Translations under genes and position numbers: made by a program
Assembly (NCBI RefSeq): GCF_009557235.1
Contig: NZ_CP045650.1
Span: 2,130,001-2,162,000, forward strand
DNA length: 32,000 nt
Reading direction: 5' to 3'
Origin: Acinetobacter wanghuae
Lineage (GTDB): Bacteria; Pseudomonadota; Gammaproteobacteria; Pseudomonadales; Moraxellaceae
Notes under the pieces: model-generated
Seen by the model: only the letters and a program-made list of their open reading frames with translations
What the model was told of the DNA's origin: nothing
The model's database searches: none
Shown here: piece after piece, positions 8,933 to 18,938 of the stretch
How the letters are laid out: each line of letters opens with the position of its first letter
How positions within the stretch are numbered: the stretch's first letter is position 1

Positions 8933-11767
8933 ATGAGCGTAATCACTTCAACTCCTGGTCAACTTCAGGTGATTAAACGCACCGGCGATGTTGCCGCTTT
9001 TGATGCAGAAAAAATTTCTGTGGCAATTGGTAAAGCGTTTTTGGCTGTTGAAGGCCAACAAAGTGCTGATTCGAGTCGTATTCACGACCGTATTGAGCAA
9101 CTGACGGAAATGGTAATGAACACCTTTAACCGTCGCTTGCCTTCTGGCGGCACGATTCATATTGAAGAAATTCAAGACCAAGTTGAACTTGCGCTAATGC
9201 GTACTGGCGAGCAAAAAGTTGCGCGTGCTTATGTCATTTATCGCGATCAACGTGCTGAAGCGCGTAAAGAATTGGGTGCAAATCATCACCCTACATTACA
9301 AATTACAGATGCAGACGGCAAACTTAAGCCTTTAGACTTAGGTGCTTTAACTGCACATGTTGAAAAAGCAGCTGAAGGTCTTGAAGGGATTAGCGTTCAA
9401 GCCATTGTCGATGAAACGGTTAAGAACTTATATAACGGTGTAAAAGAGTCAGACATTGCAACCACAATGATGATGGCAACACGTACCCGTATTGAACAAG
9501 AGCCTAACTACACTTATGTCACTGCACGTTTACTTCGTGACAACTTAGTGGCTACAGGTCTTGAGTTCTTGGGTCTACCTACAGACACCAATGAAGGCGA
9601 TGCTTTAGAGACATTCTTAAAGAAAGGGATCGAGCTTGATCTACTTTCTCCAGAACTTCTTAATTTTGACCTTGCAAAATTGGCTGCTGCAATCAAACCT
9701 GAACGCTCAAACCAATTTACGTACTTAGGTCTACAAACGTTATTTGACCGTTACTTCATTCACTCTGATGGCATCCGTTTCGAATTACCGCAATTGTTCT
9801 ACATGCGCGTATCGATGGGTCTATCGTTAAATGAAGCAAACCGCGAAGCATCAGCGATTGAGTTCTATAACTTATTGTCAAGCTTCGACTACATGGCATC
9901 TACGCCTACCCTATTCAACTCAGGTACGTTACGTCCACAGTTGTCGAGCTGCTACTTAACAACCATTGATGATGACTTGTATGACATTTATGGCGCAATG
10001 CGTGATAACGCAATGTTGTCTAAATGGGCAGGCGGTTTAGGTAACGACTGGACCCCAGTTCGTGCATTGAACTCTTACATCAAAGGTACAAACGGTAAAT
10101 CTCAAGGTGTTGTTCCATTCCTAAAAGTGGCGAACGATACAGCTGTTGCGGTAAACCAAGGCGGTAAACGTAAAGGTGCAGTCTGTGCATACCTTGAAAC
10201 TTGGCACTTGGACATTGAAGAATTCCTAGAGCTTCGTAAGAACACAGGTGATGACCGTCGCCGTACGCACGACATGAATACTGCAAACTGGGTTCCAGAT
10301 TTATTCATGCAACGTGTCTTTGAAGATGGCGATTGGACACTGTTCACGCCTTCTGAAACACCTGATTTGCATGATTTAACAGGTGCAGAATTCGCTGAGC
10401 GTTATGCGCACTACGAAGCCATTGCCAAAGAAAATAATATGCTACACAAAGTCATTCGTGCGAAAGACTTGTGGCGCAAAATGTTGTCGATGTTGTTTGA
10501 AACAGGTCACCCGTGGATCACATTCAAAGACGTATGTAACTTACGTTCACCACAACAACACGTTGGCGTGGTTCACTCATCTAACTTGTGTACTGAAATT
10601 ACCCTCAACACAAACAAAGATGAAATTGCGGTATGTAACTTAGGTTCAATCAACCTTGTACAACACGTAAAAGGTGGCAATCTTGATCGCGAAAAACTAG
10701 CACGCACAGTGAAAACTGCGGTTCGTATGCTTGATAACGTGATTGACATTAACTATTACGCTGTTCCACAAGCACGCAATTCAAACATGAAGCACCGCCC
10801 TGTCGGTATGGGTATCATGGGCTTCCAAGATGCATTGTATGAAATGAATCTTGCGTATGGTTCTGAAGCTGCCGTTGAGTTTGCTGATGAATCGATGGAA
10901 GTGATTTCTTACTACGCAATTCAAACGTCAAGCGATTTGGCTGTTGAACGTGGTACGTATGAAACCTTCAAAGGTTCACTATGGGATCAAGGCATCTTGC
11001 CAATCGACTCGTTAGACATCGTGGCAAAATCACGTCCTGAACGTATGTTCGAAGTAGACCGTACAACTCGTTTGGATTGGGACACGTTACGTGCCAAAGT
11101 TCAAAAAGACGGTATGCGTAACTCGAACGTGATGGCAATTGCACCAACTGCAACCATTTCAAATATTTGTGGCGTGTCTCAATCGATTGAGCCAACATTC
11201 CAAAACTTATATGTGAAATCAAACTTGTCTGGTGAATTCACTGTCATCAACCCTTACCTTGTTCGTGCATTGAAAGAACGTGGTCTTTGGGATTCAGTGA
11301 TGGTCAACGACCTGAAACATTTTGAAGGTTCAGTACAAAAAATTGCGCGTATTCCTGATGAATTAAAAGCAATCTTTGCAACTGCGTTCGAAGTTGAACC
11401 TCGTTGGATCGTTGATGCTGCTTCACGTCGTCAAAAATGGATTGACCAAGCACAGTCTCTTAACCTTTACATCTCTGGTGCAAACGGTAAGAAATTGGAT
11501 ATGACTTACAAAATGGCGTGGTTACGTGGTCTTAAAACCACTTATTACCTACGTGCATTGGGTGCGACATCTGCTGAGAAATCAACCATTAATACTGGCG
11601 CGTTAAACGCAGTGAAATCAACTGTAGCGGCAGCGCCTGTTGCAGCAGTTGCTCCTGTAGTTGAAGCGAAAAAACCTGAAGCTGTTGAAGAAGATGGTTT
11701 TGCTCAAGCAGCACCAGTGCCATTGGCATGTTCAATTGACAATCCTGATTGTGAAGCTTGTCAATAA
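8933..11767 (+). CDS. nrdA: Class Ia ribonucleoside-diphosphate reductase, alpha subunit
   Basis: 944-aa ORF with an N-terminal ATP-cone (VIKRTGDVAAFDAEKISVAI), the catalytic loop SSNLCTEI and a C-terminal redox Cys pair (CSIDNPDCEACQ). Confidence 0.97.
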   Translation: MSVITSTPGQLQVIKRTGDVAAFDAEKISVAIGKAFLAVEGQQSADSSRIHDRIEQLTEMVMNTFNRRLPSGGTIHIEEIQDQVELALMRTGEQKVARAYVIYRDQRAEARKELGANHHPTLQITDADGKLKPLDLGALTAHVEKAAEGLEGISVQAIVDETVKNLYNGVKESDIATTMMMATRTRIEQEPNYTYVTARLLRDNLVATGLEFLGLPTDTNEGDALETFLKKGIELDLLSPELLNFDLAKLAAAIKPERSNQFTYLGLQTLFDRYFIHSDGIRFELPQLFYMRVSMGLSLNEANREASAIEFYNLLSSFDYMASTPTLFNSGTLRPQLSSCYLTTIDDDLYDIYGAMRDNAMLSKWAGGLGNDWTPVRALNSYIKGTNGKSQGVVPFLKVANDTAVAVNQGGKRKGAVCAYLETWHLDIEEFLELRKNTGDDRRRTHDMNTANWVPDLFMQRVFEDGDWTLFTPSETPDLHDLTGAEFAERYAHYEAIAKENNMLHKVIRAKDLWRKMLSMLFETGHPWITFKDVCNLRSPQQHVGVVHSSNLCTEITLNTNKDEIAVCNLGSINLVQHVKGGNLDREKLARTVKTAVRMLDNVIDINYYAVPQARNSNMKHRPVGMGIMGFQDALYEMNLAYGSEAAVEFADESMEVISYYAIQTSSDLAVERGTYETFKGSLWDQGILPIDSLDIVAKSRPERMFEVDRTTRLDWDTLRAKVQKDGMRNSNVMAIAPTATISNICGVSQSIEPTFQNLYVKSNLSGEFTVINPYLVRALKERGLWDSVMVNDLKHFEGSVQKIARIPDELKAIFATAFEVEPRWIVDAASRRQKWIDQAQSLNLYISGANGKKLDMTYKMAWLRGLKTTYYLRALGATSAEKSTINTGALNAVKSTVAAAPVAAVAPVVEAKKPEAVEEDGFAQAAPVPLACSIDNPDCEACQ

Positions 11768-11870
11768 TTAACTAAAGGTATCGAAATCAGAAATTAGGCT
11801 ACTGACGTAGCCTCTCTGAAAATCTCTAAACGTGGCTACGTGTAGCGTAATTTTTCTGAGAGGAAAAATT

Positions 11871-12152
11871 ATGAAAAAAAGAAAAGATATCTTTGGTAGA
11901 AAAATTGATTTAACCAAAGAAGAACGTAAGTCTCTTCAAATGGTTGTAAGTTTTACAATAACAATCCTATGGGCGTTAAGATTTAAAAATTCTTATCTAG
12001 CGCATACTTTGTTTAAGTCCTTAAAATTGATTTGCTTTGAACTAATCAAATTAATTAAAAGACTATGGGAATTCAGTATTGCTATAGCGCTACCATATTT
12101 TTCGGTAAAGCTGGCAATCTATTTAAGCAATATGAGTAATCCTTTCATTTGA
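11871..12152 (+). CDS. Small hypothetical protein (93 aa from the ATG at 11871), AT-rich, hydrophobic
   Basis: GAGGA (11859-11863) lies 7 nt before the ATG at 11871, giving MKKRKDIFGRK.... The track's 106-aa version starts further upstream without an RBS. No family recognised, and composition is much more AT-rich than nrdA or nrdB. Confidence 0.3.
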   Translation: MKKRKDIFGRKIDLTKEERKSLQMVVSFTITILWALRFKNSYLAHTLFKSLKLICFELIKLIKRLWEFSIAIALPYFSVKLAIYLSNMSNPFI

Positions 12153-12181
12153 AAGGATTACCAATAACTAAGGAAATGACC

Positions 12182-12313
12182 ATGGATCCAATTACCCCAA
12201 ACTATATGTTAGGACTTGCAGCCCTGGTCATTTCCTTTGCCGTTTTGTTTTACGTCCCTGTTGCCTATTTCTGGTTGAAATCTGCAAAGGCAAAGCGTAA
12301 TCAAAATAAGTAG
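12182..12313 (+). CDS. Small single-TM peptide (43 aa), below the ORF-track length cutoff
   Basis: AGGAA (12171-12175) lies 6 nt before the ATG at 12182. The product is MDPITPNYMLGLAALVISFAVLFYVPVAYFWLKSAKAKRNQNK, one hydrophobic helix plus a Lys/Arg tail. The TAG stop is at 12311-12313. Confidence 0.3.
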   Translation: MDPITPNYMLGLAALVISFAVLFYVPVAYFWLKSAKAKRNQNK

Positions 12314-12454
12314 TGGGGATTGCGCCACAGAACAATTTTAAGGCGTTTATCGACAAAACTTAATTTTGCTTACACCTAGATGAGCGTATAGTAGGACATC
12401 TCAGCGTTGCTGGATGTCTAAATAAAAGATATAAGCAACGTAGAGAGAATTGAT

Positions 12455-13738
12455 ATGTCTATCCTAAGTTGGGACGATTTCGAAGATGATTCGCAAAAAT
12501 CGGCTGCACCTGAACTCCAGTCTGCGCCCGTCGAACCGCAAAAAGCGGCTCATACACAAGTGGTATCTGATGCACACAACGCACCGTCGAATGTGGCAGC
12601 TACACAACCCATTAGAGCCACTCAAAACCGAGGATCAAATCCAACCGATTCGTTGGCAAGAGCATCTGCTTCCCTAGAACAACTTGATGTTGCTCCGGGC
12701 TTAGAAGAGCTTGAAATGGGCGCGCAACGTGTACAAGTTGACGACAAAGCAATGATTAACTGTCGTGCTGACTTGAACCAACTTGTACCGTTCAAATACG
12801 AATGGGCGTGGCAGAAGTATCTTGACGGATGTGCAAACCATTGGATGCCGCAAGAAGTGAACATGAATCACGATATCGCGCTTTGGAAGTCTGAAAATGG
12901 CTTAACTGAAGACGAACGTACAATTGTAATGCGTTCACTTGGTTTCTTCTCGACTGCCGATTCATTGGTTGCAAACAACTTGGTATTGGCGATTTACCGT
13001 CACATTACCAACCCTGAATGCCGTCAATACATTTTACGTCAAGCCTTTGAAGAAGCAATTCATACGCACGCGTACCAATACTGTATCGAATCATTAGGTA
13101 TGGATGAAGGCGAAGTCTTCAATATGTACCGTGAAGTTCCATCAGTTGCACGTAAAGCAGCTTGGGGTCTGAAATATACGCAACAGTTAAGCGATCCAAC
13201 CTTCAAGACAGGCACACCTGAAAATGACCAAATCTTGCTTCGCAACTTGATCGCGTTCTACTGTGTACTTGAAGGGATCTTCTTCTACTGTGGTTTCTCA
13301 CAAATCTTGTCGATGGGTCGTCGTAACAAAATGAATGGTGTTGCTGAGCAATTCCAGTACATTTTACGTGATGAATCGATGCACTTGAACTTTGGTATCG
13401 ATATGATTAACCAAATCAAGAACGAGAATCCAAACCTGTGGACAACTGAGTTCCAAGAAGAAATCATTCAAATGATTCTTGAAGGTACAATGCTAGAAAT
13501 CGAATACGCACGTGACACGATGCCACGCGGTGTACTTGGTATGAATGCTGCAATGATGGAAGAATACTTAAAATTCATTGCAAACCGTCGTTTAAGTCAA
13601 TTGGGCTTACCTGAACAATTTGCTGGTGTGAATAATCCATTCCAGTGGATGTCAGAAATGATGGATTTACGTAAAGAGAAGAATTTCTTCGAAACTCGTG
13701 TTACGGATTACCAAACTGGTGGTGCGTTAAGCTGGTAA
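12455..13738 (+). CDS. nrdB: Class Ia ribonucleoside-diphosphate reductase, beta subunit (Pseudomonas-type, with low-complexity N-terminal extension)
   Basis: 427-aa ORF with di-iron ExxH motifs EEAIHTHAY and RDESMHLNF. The blocks [37 protein letters not shown] match my memory of P. aeruginosa NrdB. Confidence 0.95.
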   Translation: MSILSWDDFEDDSQKSAAPELQSAPVEPQKAAHTQVVSDAHNAPSNVAATQPIRATQNRGSNPTDSLARASASLEQLDVAPGLEELEMGAQRVQVDDKAMINCRADLNQLVPFKYEWAWQKYLDGCANHWMPQEVNMNHDIALWKSENGLTEDERTIVMRSLGFFSTADSLVANNLVLAIYRHITNPECRQYILRQAFEEAIHTHAYQYCIESLGMDEGEVFNMYREVPSVARKAAWGLKYTQQLSDPTFKTGTPENDQILLRNLIAFYCVLEGIFFYCGFSQILSMGRRNKMNGVAEQFQYILRDESMHLNFGIDMINQIKNENPNLWTTEFQEEIIQMILEGTMLEIEYARDTMPRGVLGMNAAMMEEYLKFIANRRLSQLGLPEQFAGVNNPFQWMSEMMDLRKEKNFFETRVTDYQTGGALSW

Positions 13739-13750
13739 TCGAAAGATGAT

Positions 13751-13784
13751 AAAAAAATCCCGCTCAAGTAGCGGGATTTTTTTT
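13751..13784. terminator. Bidirectional rho-independent terminator between nrdB (+) and the TonB-dependent receptor (-)
   Basis: Sequence aaaaaaatcccgc-tcaagta-gcgggatttttttt. The 7-bp GC-rich stem atcccgc (13757-13763) pairs with gcgggat (13771-13777), flanked by an A-run and a T-run. Confidence 0.8.
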
Positions 13785-13799
13785 ATCTAGACATAAGAC

Positions 13800-15986
13800 T
13801 TAAAATGCTTTGGTCACACTCAAACCTGCACTCCAGTTACGCCCTTCTGCTGGCTCAAAATAACGACCAATAGGCTTAGTTGAATCATTCACAATTACAG
13901 AACCTGAATAATCTTTATCAAACAAATTATCCACTCGAGCAAAAGTATTGAATGCCCAATCATTGACCGTCCAGTTATAACCAATATTGGCTGCTGCAAC
14001 GACATAGCTTGGTGCTGCATCTGAATTGCCATCATTAACGTAAATTTTATCACTATAACGAACATCTACACCCGCACGTAAACCATTTTCAGGTTTCCAG
14101 CCCAAGCTTAAGAATGCCTGATTCTTCGCAATCCCCGGAATATAATTTCCATTCGGGATTTCAGCTACAGTTACTTTGCCATCTTTATCTAAAATTTCTG
14201 GAATATCCGCATCGAATTTTGCATCAATATAACTATAACTTGCTTGTGCGGTTAAATCACGCCATACATTTTTGTTCCAAGACAACTCTACACCTTGTCT
14301 TACAGTTTGATCTGCATTACGGAATGTTGAGCGACCAGAATCACTCGCTGCTGCGACGATATCATCTTGAGTTTTTGTATAGAATGCTGCTGCAGTAAAG
14401 TCTCCAAGCATATTTGAAGATTTTAATCCTAGCTCGTAAGTATCGCTTTCGGCAGCTTTAAGATTAAAATTTTGATCCGAATCAGTATCAGCAGGATATG
14501 CCATTTCAGTAAAGGTTGGTGTTTCAAAACCTTGTGCATAGCTTGCATATGCCATCAGCTCAGGTAAGATTTTCCAACTGATTGCTAAAGATGGCAATAA
14601 TTTTTGATAATCATTTTTACCCGAGTTATCCCCATTATCCTTAGTAATATAATGATCTTCTGATTTAAAATGTACATTACTATAACGTAAGCCTGCATCC
14701 ACATTTACAGCATCATTCACAGCATAAGACGCTTGTAAATAGGGATCTAAATTCCATAAAGTGTTATCTTCATTACGGCGTAGTTCACCCTTAACACCAT
14801 ATTGTGTATCGCCAATAAAGTTTTGAAAGCCTTTACGCTCTTCACTCATTCCATCAATGGCAACACCTGCGATCAATTTTAAATTTGGTAAAACTTCTTT
14901 GCCTGTCCAACGAATGTCGGTACCGTAAAAATTACGATCAAAATCAATCACACCACCGGCATGCTTCTTACCGAGTTGAACCGTATTTGGCTTACAAATA
15001 TCCGTTTCATCAACATAAGCACATTTAGGCGTTGACTGATACTGTGTCACAGAACGCTGTCCTGCATAGACCATCGCATAAATGTCATTCTGATCATTGA
15101 TTGGTTTATTCCACGTTAAACCTGTTTGCACCTGTTCAATTTCTTTACGTGCATTGTATTTAGTCACATTTCCAACAACTTGTTTTGGATTTTCTTTCCA
15201 TTGGGCACGTGTTAAGCCGCCCGGATCATCTGCTTCAATTTTAACGTAGTTATTAATCCAATTAATTTTTGAGCCATCATCCAAATCCCAAGTGAGCTTG
15301 GCATTACTCAAAATTTTATTTGCACCACTATGATCGCGGAAGCCATCGGTATCAAAATAAGATGAACTTAAGATATAACTCGGTTCATTGGCATTTTTCG
15401 CGCCACCTTGCAGGACAACATTGGCTTGCCCTTTATTTTCACTGCCGCCCGAGTAACCAAGGGTAATCGAGTCATTCCCTTGCCCTTCACGACTTGTAGT
15501 CAAAATTGTACCACCCGATGAGTTACCATACAGTGAAGATAAACCACCGCCTAAAACTTCAATATGATCTAAACTATTTAAATCAATATTTGAGGTTTGA
15601 CCTTGACCATCAGGCATGGTTGCCGGAATACCATCGACATATAAACGCACACCACGCACACCAAAGCTTGAACGTGCGCCAAAGCCACGCATTGAAATTT
15701 GCAAGTCTTGTGCATAGTTTTCGCGGTTATTGAGCTGTAAACCTGGCACACCTTTTAAGGTTTCCGACAGGTTAACATTCATGCCTTTTTGCGGCTCTTG
15801 GGTCAGATAGTAAGCAGATGCAGGTGTTGACATCACATCACGATCTGTACGAGTCGCTTCGATCACAATTGTATCTAGCGTTTGAACTGCTTGCGCTTCA
15901 TTCTCTGCATATACCTGTTGACCAATACAAGCGATTAAGCAAGACAAGGTCGTTCTTACAAATGGAAATTTCGGGCTTTGCGACAT
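13800..15986 (-). CDS. TonB-dependent outer-membrane receptor (substrate not assignable)
   Basis: 728-aa ORF with a signal peptide ending ...GQQVYA/EN, a TonB-box/plug region (LDTIVIEATR; ISMRGFGARSSFGVRGVRLYVDGIP), beta-barrel style alternating sequence and a terminal ...SVTKAF. Confidence 0.9.
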   Translation of the reverse strand: MSQSPKFPFVRTTLSCLIACIGQQVYAENEAQAVQTLDTIVIEATRTDRDVMSTPASAYYLTQEPQKGMNVNLSETLKGVPGLQLNNRENYAQDLQISMRGFGARSSFGVRGVRLYVDGIPATMPDGQGQTSNIDLNSLDHIEVLGGGLSSLYGNSSGGTILTTSREGQGNDSITLGYSGGSENKGQANVVLQGGAKNANEPSYILSSSYFDTDGFRDHSGANKILSNAKLTWDLDDGSKINWINNYVKIEADDPGGLTRAQWKENPKQVVGNVTKYNARKEIEQVQTGLTWNKPINDQNDIYAMVYAGQRSVTQYQSTPKCAYVDETDICKPNTVQLGKKHAGGVIDFDRNFYGTDIRWTGKEVLPNLKLIAGVAIDGMSEERKGFQNFIGDTQYGVKGELRRNEDNTLWNLDPYLQASYAVNDAVNVDAGLRYSNVHFKSEDHYITKDNGDNSGKNDYQKLLPSLAISWKILPELMAYASYAQGFETPTFTEMAYPADTDSDQNFNLKAAESDTYELGLKSSNMLGDFTAAAFYTKTQDDIVAAASDSGRSTFRNADQTVRQGVELSWNKNVWRDLTAQASYSYIDAKFDADIPEILDKDGKVTVAEIPNGNYIPGIAKNQAFLSLGWKPENGLRAGVDVRYSDKIYVNDGNSDAAPSYVVAAANIGYNWTVNDWAFNTFARVDNLFDKDYSGSVIVNDSTKPIGRYFEPAEGRNWSAGLSVTKAF

Positions 15987-16325
15987 AGGGACAAACCTTA
16001 TTTAAAAATAGTTTAATTCACTGAGTACATCAACGAGATGCCATTCACAACTCATGCTGCAACGTCTTGATTTTTATCATCGAGCATTAAAAAGATGTAT
16101 CTCAATACAATGTTTAGATCACACCATTTATCATTCGGATTTGGCTTTAAAATTCTGTATCACCAACATTTAAACGAATTGTTGGCTTGGTTTAAATGGC
16201 AATAAAAATCAGCCATATATCAATGACTATTTTAATATGACCTGAACAAAATTGATGCTTCAGCAACAAATTCACATCATTTCTCTATGAACCATAAAAT
16301 GGGCAATATAAGAAACAAGATAATA

Positions 16326-16353
16326 AAAAAGCCTGACGAATCAGGCTTTTTTA
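16326..16353. terminator. Rho-independent terminator downstream of gcd (symmetrical, could act in both directions)
   Basis: Sequence aaaaa-agcctga-cgaa-tcaggct-ttttt. The stem is 16331-16337 pairing with 16342-16348. Confidence 0.75.
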
Positions 16354-16372
16354 AACTGAGTTAAAAACTCAA

Positions 16373-18784
16373 TTATTTTTGATCTGGTAATGCGTAAGCA
16401 ACAACAGAGTCACCCATTTTGGTACCGAACGAACCGTGACCACCCGCCATGATAACAACGTATTGTTTACCATTTTGTTCATAAGTCATAGGAGTCGCTT
16501 GACCACCTGCAGGAAGACGACCTTTCCAAAGCTCATCACCGTTAGTTACGTTGATTGCACGGATATAGTTATCTTGAGTACCACCAACAAACATTACGTT
16601 ACCCGCAGTTGAGATAGAACCACCCAACATTGGAACGCCCATTTTGAACGGAGGTAATGGAATACCAGGCATACTGTCACGAATTGTACCAATACGACGT
16701 TTCCATACAGTTTCGTGAGTGTTTAAGTCAACACCAGCCACGAAGCCCCATGAAGGTTGTTTACAAGGTAAACCGAATGGAGATAAGAACGCACTAATTT
16801 CAACACCGTAAGGCACGCCATACATTGGTTGAACACCCGCTTCAGTACCCGCACCTTTCGCAGTTTGCGGACGGTTTGGATCTTGTGGGATTAATTTAGT
16901 TACAAATGGCAAGCCAATTGGGTTCATTACAGCAATTTGACGGTCTGGGTTTACAGACATACCGCCCCATTCGAACACACCTAAGTTACCTGGGAATACC
17001 AAAGTACCGTTTTCAGATGGTGGCGTATAAATGCCATCGTAGTTCAATTTATGGAATGATACACGACAGATCAATTGGTCAAACATAGTGGCACCCCACA
17101 TTTGTTTGTCAGTCAATTTCTCTTTTGGTGCCATATCAAAGTCAGAGAATGGTTGAGTTTTAGAATAGAACTCGCCCTTAGTCTGAGGACCACGTTTCAC
17201 AGATTGTGGAACTGGTTTTTCTGTAATAGGTACAATTGCTTTACCGTTACGACGGTCAAGAACGAAGGCATTACCTGTTTTAGTCAATACATAGATTGCT
17301 GGAACAGTTTTACCATCTTTGTCTTTGATATCAGCCAATGTAGGTTGTGACGGTACGTCCATATCCCACAAATCGTGATGTGTTGTTTGGAAGTTCCAAA
17401 CCAACTTACCAGTTGTCGCGTTTAACGCAAGCATAGAGTTTGCATAACGTTCATCTAACTCAGTACGGTGACCACCGAAGATATCCGGAGTACCTACACC
17501 CGTTGGAATATATACGATATCCAATTTAGCATCATATGCTAAAGGTGCCCAAGCATTTGGTGAGTTGTGTACGAATTTTTGACCAGGAGCAGGGATCGCA
17601 TTTGGATCTTCAGCACCAGTATCAAATACCCATAGAAGTTCACCAGTGTTTACGTCATAACCACGGATCACACCAGATGGTTCTTCAGTAGAATAGTTAT
17701 CGGTAGTAGAACCTGCGATAACAATTGTTGTACCAGTAATCACTGGAGGAGAAGTTGGGATATAGCCGCCTGGATAAGGGAATGGCATATCTTTTTGTAG
17801 ATCAACTTCACCGTTTTTACCGAAGTCAGAACATGGTTTACCTGTGTTTGGATTTACCGCAACAAGACGACCATCATTCACAGGAAGAATCACTTTCTGT
17901 GGACATTCAGCAGATACAGTTTTCTTAGCAGCAAGACTTGTTTCGAAACCAACAGTGTTGTTTGCATCAAAGTAAGACACACCACGACATGTTAAATGTT
18001 GATATGTGTTATCTGCTCTTAATACAGGATCGTAAGTCCATTTTGCTTTACCAGTCGCAGGATCAAGTGCAGTCAATTTTTGGTGGGTAGTACACATGTA
18101 CATGTTGTTACCCACTTTAATTGGTGTTACTTGGTTTGTAGTCTCACCTGAGTCGTTTTCAGTTTTGAATTCGCCAGTGTGATATTCCCAAGCCACTTGA
18201 AGATCTTTAACGTTTTCAGAGTTAATTTGTTTTAACGGTGAATAACGTAGACCAGACTGTGTACGACCGTATGCAGGCCAATCTTCATCAGCCACACCAG
18301 CAATTGCTTGATGTTTTTCAGGTTGTTGAGTTTTTAATTCGCCACGAATTTCTTGTGGGTCATTAAAGACAGCATAAATCATTACTAAAATCGTAATAAT
18401 TAATGAACCGCCTAAAGCCATTTTCGCAGTTTTAGTATTATCGAAACCACGAGTAACCGCAGGGATAAGTAACACTAAACCAAAGACACCTAGGATGTCT
18501 AAACGAGGCGCAAGCGCGAAGAAGTCAGAACCAACTTCCCATAGGCCCCACACCACTGTACCCAACATGAGAACAGCGTAGACCACCAGCGCGTTGCTTT
18601 TTTGCTTTTGTAATAATACTGCCGTAGCAATAAAGAGAATACCTGCAATGATGTAGTACCAAGACCCACCAAGCACTGCAAGATAAATCCCTCCAATCAG
18701 TAGTACCAAACCAAAAATAACGGCAACAACCGCTACAATCGTTTTAAGTACCGAACCTGATGATGAAGTATTCATATCGAACAC
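16373..18784 (-). CDS. gcd: Membrane-bound PQQ-dependent (quinoprotein) glucose dehydrogenase
   Basis: 803-aa ORF with five N-terminal TM helices followed by a PQQ beta-propeller. Long blocks match my memory of A. calcoaceticus GdhA, for example DWPAYGRTQ.G.RYSPLKQIN, SGETTNQVTPIK.GNNM, HHDLWDMDVPSQP and GQATPMTYE.NGKQYVVIMAGGHGSFGTKMGD. Confidence 0.95.
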   Translation of the reverse strand: MFDMNTSSSGSVLKTIVAVVAVIFGLVLLIGGIYLAVLGGSWYYIIAGILFIATAVLLQKQKSNALVVYAVLMLGTVVWGLWEVGSDFFALAPRLDILGVFGLVLLIPAVTRGFDNTKTAKMALGGSLIITILVMIYAVFNDPQEIRGELKTQQPEKHQAIAGVADEDWPAYGRTQSGLRYSPLKQINSENVKDLQVAWEYHTGEFKTENDSGETTNQVTPIKVGNNMYMCTTHQKLTALDPATGKAKWTYDPVLRADNTYQHLTCRGVSYFDANNTVGFETSLAAKKTVSAECPQKVILPVNDGRLVAVNPNTGKPCSDFGKNGEVDLQKDMPFPYPGGYIPTSPPVITGTTIVIAGSTTDNYSTEEPSGVIRGYDVNTGELLWVFDTGAEDPNAIPAPGQKFVHNSPNAWAPLAYDAKLDIVYIPTGVGTPDIFGGHRTELDERYANSMLALNATTGKLVWNFQTTHHDLWDMDVPSQPTLADIKDKDGKTVPAIYVLTKTGNAFVLDRRNGKAIVPITEKPVPQSVKRGPQTKGEFYSKTQPFSDFDMAPKEKLTDKQMWGATMFDQLICRVSFHKLNYDGIYTPPSENGTLVFPGNLGVFEWGGMSVNPDRQIAVMNPIGLPFVTKLIPQDPNRPQTAKGAGTEAGVQPMYGVPYGVEISAFLSPFGLPCKQPSWGFVAGVDLNTHETVWKRRIGTIRDSMPGIPLPPFKMGVPMLGGSISTAGNVMFVGGTQDNYIRAINVTNGDELWKGRLPAGGQATPMTYEQNGKQYVVIMAGGHGSFGTKMGDSVVAYALPDQK

Positions 18785-18938
18785 CTATTTTAGATTCTTT
18801 GAAAGCCCATGAGTGGGAGACTCATAGGCACCATATTGTTTTAGTTGTAAATACAGCAATACCTTCAGCATGCATCAATTATCAATGCATCAAAATGCTT
18901 AAAGATTCAATAGTGTATTTGCAACATGTAACTTTAAA

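Noticed and set aside
16068-16082. Possible Fur box (tgatttttatcatcg; revcomp cgatgataaaaatca) upstream of the TonB-dependent receptor.
   Set aside because: It resembles GATAATGATAATCATTATC only if a 2-nt insertion is allowed, and in AT-rich DNA such partial matches are common. It is not strong enough to call, so the receptor's regulation and substrate stay open.
16167-16198. 9-bp inverted repeat catttaaac ... gtttaaatg in the receptor/gcd intergenic region.
   Set aside because: It has a 14-nt spacer, is AT-rich, has no adjacent T-run and no clear relation to a promoter. It cannot be distinguished from chance in this composition.
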